The notes beneath the pieces are model-generated. The model had not been told where the DNA came from, did no database searches, and worked only from the letters and a program-made list of their open reading frames with translations. This document shows, in pieces, positions 60,895 to 64,000 of a stretch of 64,000 bases of DNA. How positions within the stretch are numbered: the stretch's first letter is position 1; each line of letters opens with the position of its first letter. The translations under genes were made by a program, and so were the position numbers. Source of the DNA: Isurus oxyrinchus (lineage: Eukaryota). Location of the stretch: contig JANJGN010000036.1 of assembly GCA_026770705.1 (NCBI GenBank), positions 4,030,001-4,094,000 of the forward strand, in the 5' to 3' direction.

Positions 60895-62869
60895 AACTAT
60901 GAAACAATGTAACTTCATCTGAAACAGATGGAAACGGGTTTGTACTCGAAAGAGTTACAAAGTGAGTTCATTCTTGCAGTGGACGGAAGAGGGCGCAGGC
61001 ACTGTACACACAGCACCATCTCACAGAGAATGCGGTCACGGTGAGATACACGTGAGGATTTCTGGGAACATAAGGCAGCGAAACATTTTTCATATTGACC
61101 CCTATCTTTTTCTTTCTCTTTTTGTGTCTCTGTATTTCTTTCGATGTCTCTTCATCGCCCTCTCTGCACCTTGTCTGTGTGTAATCTTCATTGGAATGTT
61201 CTTTCAAATACCCCGTTAATGACATTATATTGCTGTATTTCCCTGTCGTTAATTAATAGAGAGAGAGTGAATGCTCGAGGGAGATAGAGAGACAGAAGGA
61301 ATTTCACCCCCAGCTCCCAACCGCTCTCAGATCCGCAGTAAAATGAATTTAAATTATGACTTAAAAATGAATATTTCATTTGAACCTCCAACTCACATCG
61401 TCTTGTCTAAAACAACACAAAAATAATTGTTTGAGAATTTCAGAAAAATCCTTTACACAGGCTCCAGGCTAGTTGAAGTCCTTCCGAATGCTTTACACGC
61501 AATGAATTAATTCACACGTTATTCCTGGAATTTTGAAGTAGGTGTGAGTTGGTCAAAGTTTTCAAGATAATAATGGAAACTGATAGCGCAAATTGAAAGA
61601 CACTATGTCCACTGCTGGGGGAATCTAGGGCCAGGGGAACAGTCTAACATTTAACAGTTGTCCCAAACCGTTGCAAGAGTGAAAATAAGAAACACTTCGA
61701 AACACAAAGGATGGTAGAAGTTTGGAAATGGATTCCCCAAAGAACTCTTCCGAACCTGTAACCTCTTCCAGTTGCACAATCCTCCGATATGAGCGTCCCT
61801 CTAATTCTGTCTTCTTGACGACCCCCAACTTTAATCACCCATTGCCAGAATGGAGATAAAGTGCAGGGTTACGGAGATATGGATCCAGCCCAAATGCCCT
61901 TTCGGAGAGCCAGTGCAGACACGATGATTCTGTGCTTCTGTGATCATTGTCGGCAGTGCCTTGGGCTTCCAAAGCCCGAACTGTGGAATTCATTGCCTCG
62001 AACTCCCTTCCCCACTACATTCCTCTCTTTCCTCATTGAAGACGCTCTTTAAAACGGCCTCTTTGAAGAAGCTGATCATTGAGGCTAATCTCTTGGTTTC
62101 AAATTCTGCTCCAAAACTCTGGTGAAACATCTCATGGCGTTTTATTGCGGTTAAACGTGTTATATAATTATAAGGTGTTGCCTGCCAGCTCTTGTACTTA
62201 TCCATTACACTACAGGCAAAAGGGAAATATTCATTCACATCTGCTGCTGTACATCCTGCCTGTCTCAGCGTCAACTCTGAAACATGTATAGCACAATCTC
62301 ATCCTTTATCTGTTAGTCTCTGTCTCCGTATATCTCTCTGAAATGAGCTTCTCTATTACAGAACAAGGAACAGAGAGAAGTACAGCACAGGAACAGGCCC
62401 TTCAGCCCTCCAAGCCTGGGCCGATCATTATTGCCTGTCAAATGGAATTCAGATAAATACCTAAAGAGAAAAATAATTCCAGGGCAAAAATTATAAAATA
62501 TCAGCTCTGGAACTTATTTGGCATTGGGGGTGAAAAGCCTAAAGTCATGTCAGAAGCAGCAGGGGTGGTGGCAATGGGTGATCTTTTGTCTCAAATCGAA
62601 TGAATGAATTAAAAAGGGCCAAATCCCCTTCTCCGCAAACATGTTTCTCTAGTCTTTGATTAAAGTGATACATCCCGCCCTCTGCTGACGAACTGCAGCT
62701 ACTGCACAGACAGGAGCTAAATCATTAGGGAATCACGAAGAGGGAGGACAATATCAAAGTAAAATGGGAGGAACATCAACGCAGCGACAACTTCAGTGTG
62801 GAAGTAGAGCTCGGCATTTGTTAACATGACGCATAGAAAACCTGGCAAGACTTTGATAAATTATGGAGG

Positions 62870-64000
62870 TATGTAAATTACCTGAAATGTCTTTTACTTA
62901 CTTTTAATGGTAATGTTTAATATGTTTCCTAGTCTCGGAGAGGACCTCCCTTTGGCTCCCTGGAGTTTGCTGCATTGGGCAAAAGATCAGAAAAGAAAGC
63001 GGGTCGCAGATGAGAATCCGGGTGAATTCTCTCTGATGAATTGTGGAGGAGTCAGGATTTGCCAAAGAACCCACCGCATTTCCGCTGCAATTGCCAAACT
63101 TCAGCAGCCGGTTTAAGGCCAAAAAGCCAACTTTTCGCTCACAACTCATTTCAACTGGACTACACCCGGTGTATTTTCCAAAGAGGAGATATAGAAGGGA
63201 GCAAAGTTTCACTGAACTCAAAACCGATCAATAAATCCTCGCAAATCCATATGCAAAACTTCGGATGATTTTGATGACTTGGTCAGGCGGGAGACATGAG
63301 GCTTTGTCAGGGGGTGAGGGATTTGCAGAAAAGTAGTTCTCTCTCCAAAAATACAATTTATTAATGAAAATTAATGAACGTGCTTATGCAACCCTTAATA
63401 TCTGACATTCCATAAGATGTAATCTAAATTGATTTCTTCCAGTAAAGTATGTTGATCACCACATTTACAAATAGAGTTGACATTTACAAGACAAGTCTTT
63501 GTAATTTAAAGACTTGACTAACTCTTTGTCTTTCTATGAATCTCACTGACTTAATGCTTCAGACCAGAGCTCGAAAGGTTTACTCACTTTCCAAGTTTCA
63601 CACAAAGAGCGGGGAGGGGAGGAAATTAAAGAAAAAACGATCGGCCTGCGATAAACTGAAGAAAAGCGCAGGCTAAATGCTGCAACTTGTCTTTGCGAAG
63701 CAGCTGTGGAAAGAGAGACAGTGACCTTTGGCGAGAAGGATCCTGGGCTTCATCCGTGACGCAGGACTCTGTGCTTTACTTGGTGTTCCGAGGGATGCGC
63801 ACTGAGATAAACATCAACTACCGTCCCATAGGACAGCAAACCGTTCAGACTCTGTATTGCTTTAGTTGTCCAAAAAATATACTTTATTAATTCGACGTGC
63901 TAAGGTACATAACATGGTCGTTCCGCTTTGTGATAAAGTGCAATGCTGTTCAATCTCTTTCAAAACAGTATGCGGCGCTCCGAGGTACTTCAACACCCTT
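62870..64000 (+). mobile_element. Tx1-clade LINE ORF2 remnants (inverted duplicate of 50555-51680)
   Basis: KKPTFRSQ..YFPKRRYRRE and VFAKQLWKE..SSVTQDSVLY..MRTEININ resemble Tx1 ORF2. Runs off the window end. Confidence 0.6.

Noticed and set aside
62904-63268. Four-copy ORF family (also 3659, 41858, 51343) resembling a small secreted-protein gene
   Set aside because: Reading frames are not conserved between copies, and the peptides resemble Tx1/L1 ORF2 remnants.

Overview
Vertebrate genomic DNA, almost certainly cartilaginous fish (inferred from its CR1, Tx1, Penelope-like and Deu-domain SINE repeats), with many short N gaps in microsatellites. Most ORF-track entries are spurious or retroelement-derived. 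The real genic content is a spliced, tandem and inverted cluster of non-rearranging antigen-receptor-like Ig-superfamily genes built as leader / germline-joined VJ exon / C1-set exon / uncharged TM exon with a stalk Cys / small cytoplasmic exons. Gene A (+, ~5605-9898) has open V, C1, TM and tail exons and ends in a TLYARL ITIM/ITSM-like motif. Gene B (-, 46821 to ~43400) is a divergent second subfamily with open V, C1, TM and micro-exon tail. Both genes have a leader exon whose probable ATG is out of frame by 1 nt. There are also three A-type pseudogenes (29-764, 15150-15740, 34690-38977), an inverted B-type TM fragment (~49175-49670), a duplicated ITIM exon split by a CR1 insertion, and a probable fossil third subfamily (-, 59834-55972). 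Segmental duplications: 1-5085 vs 38255-43315, 14960-17340 vs 34485-37900, and 50555-51680 vs 62870-64000 (inverted). Penelope-like termini carry minimal hammerhead ribozyme cores. All gene models were read by eye and have no transcript support.
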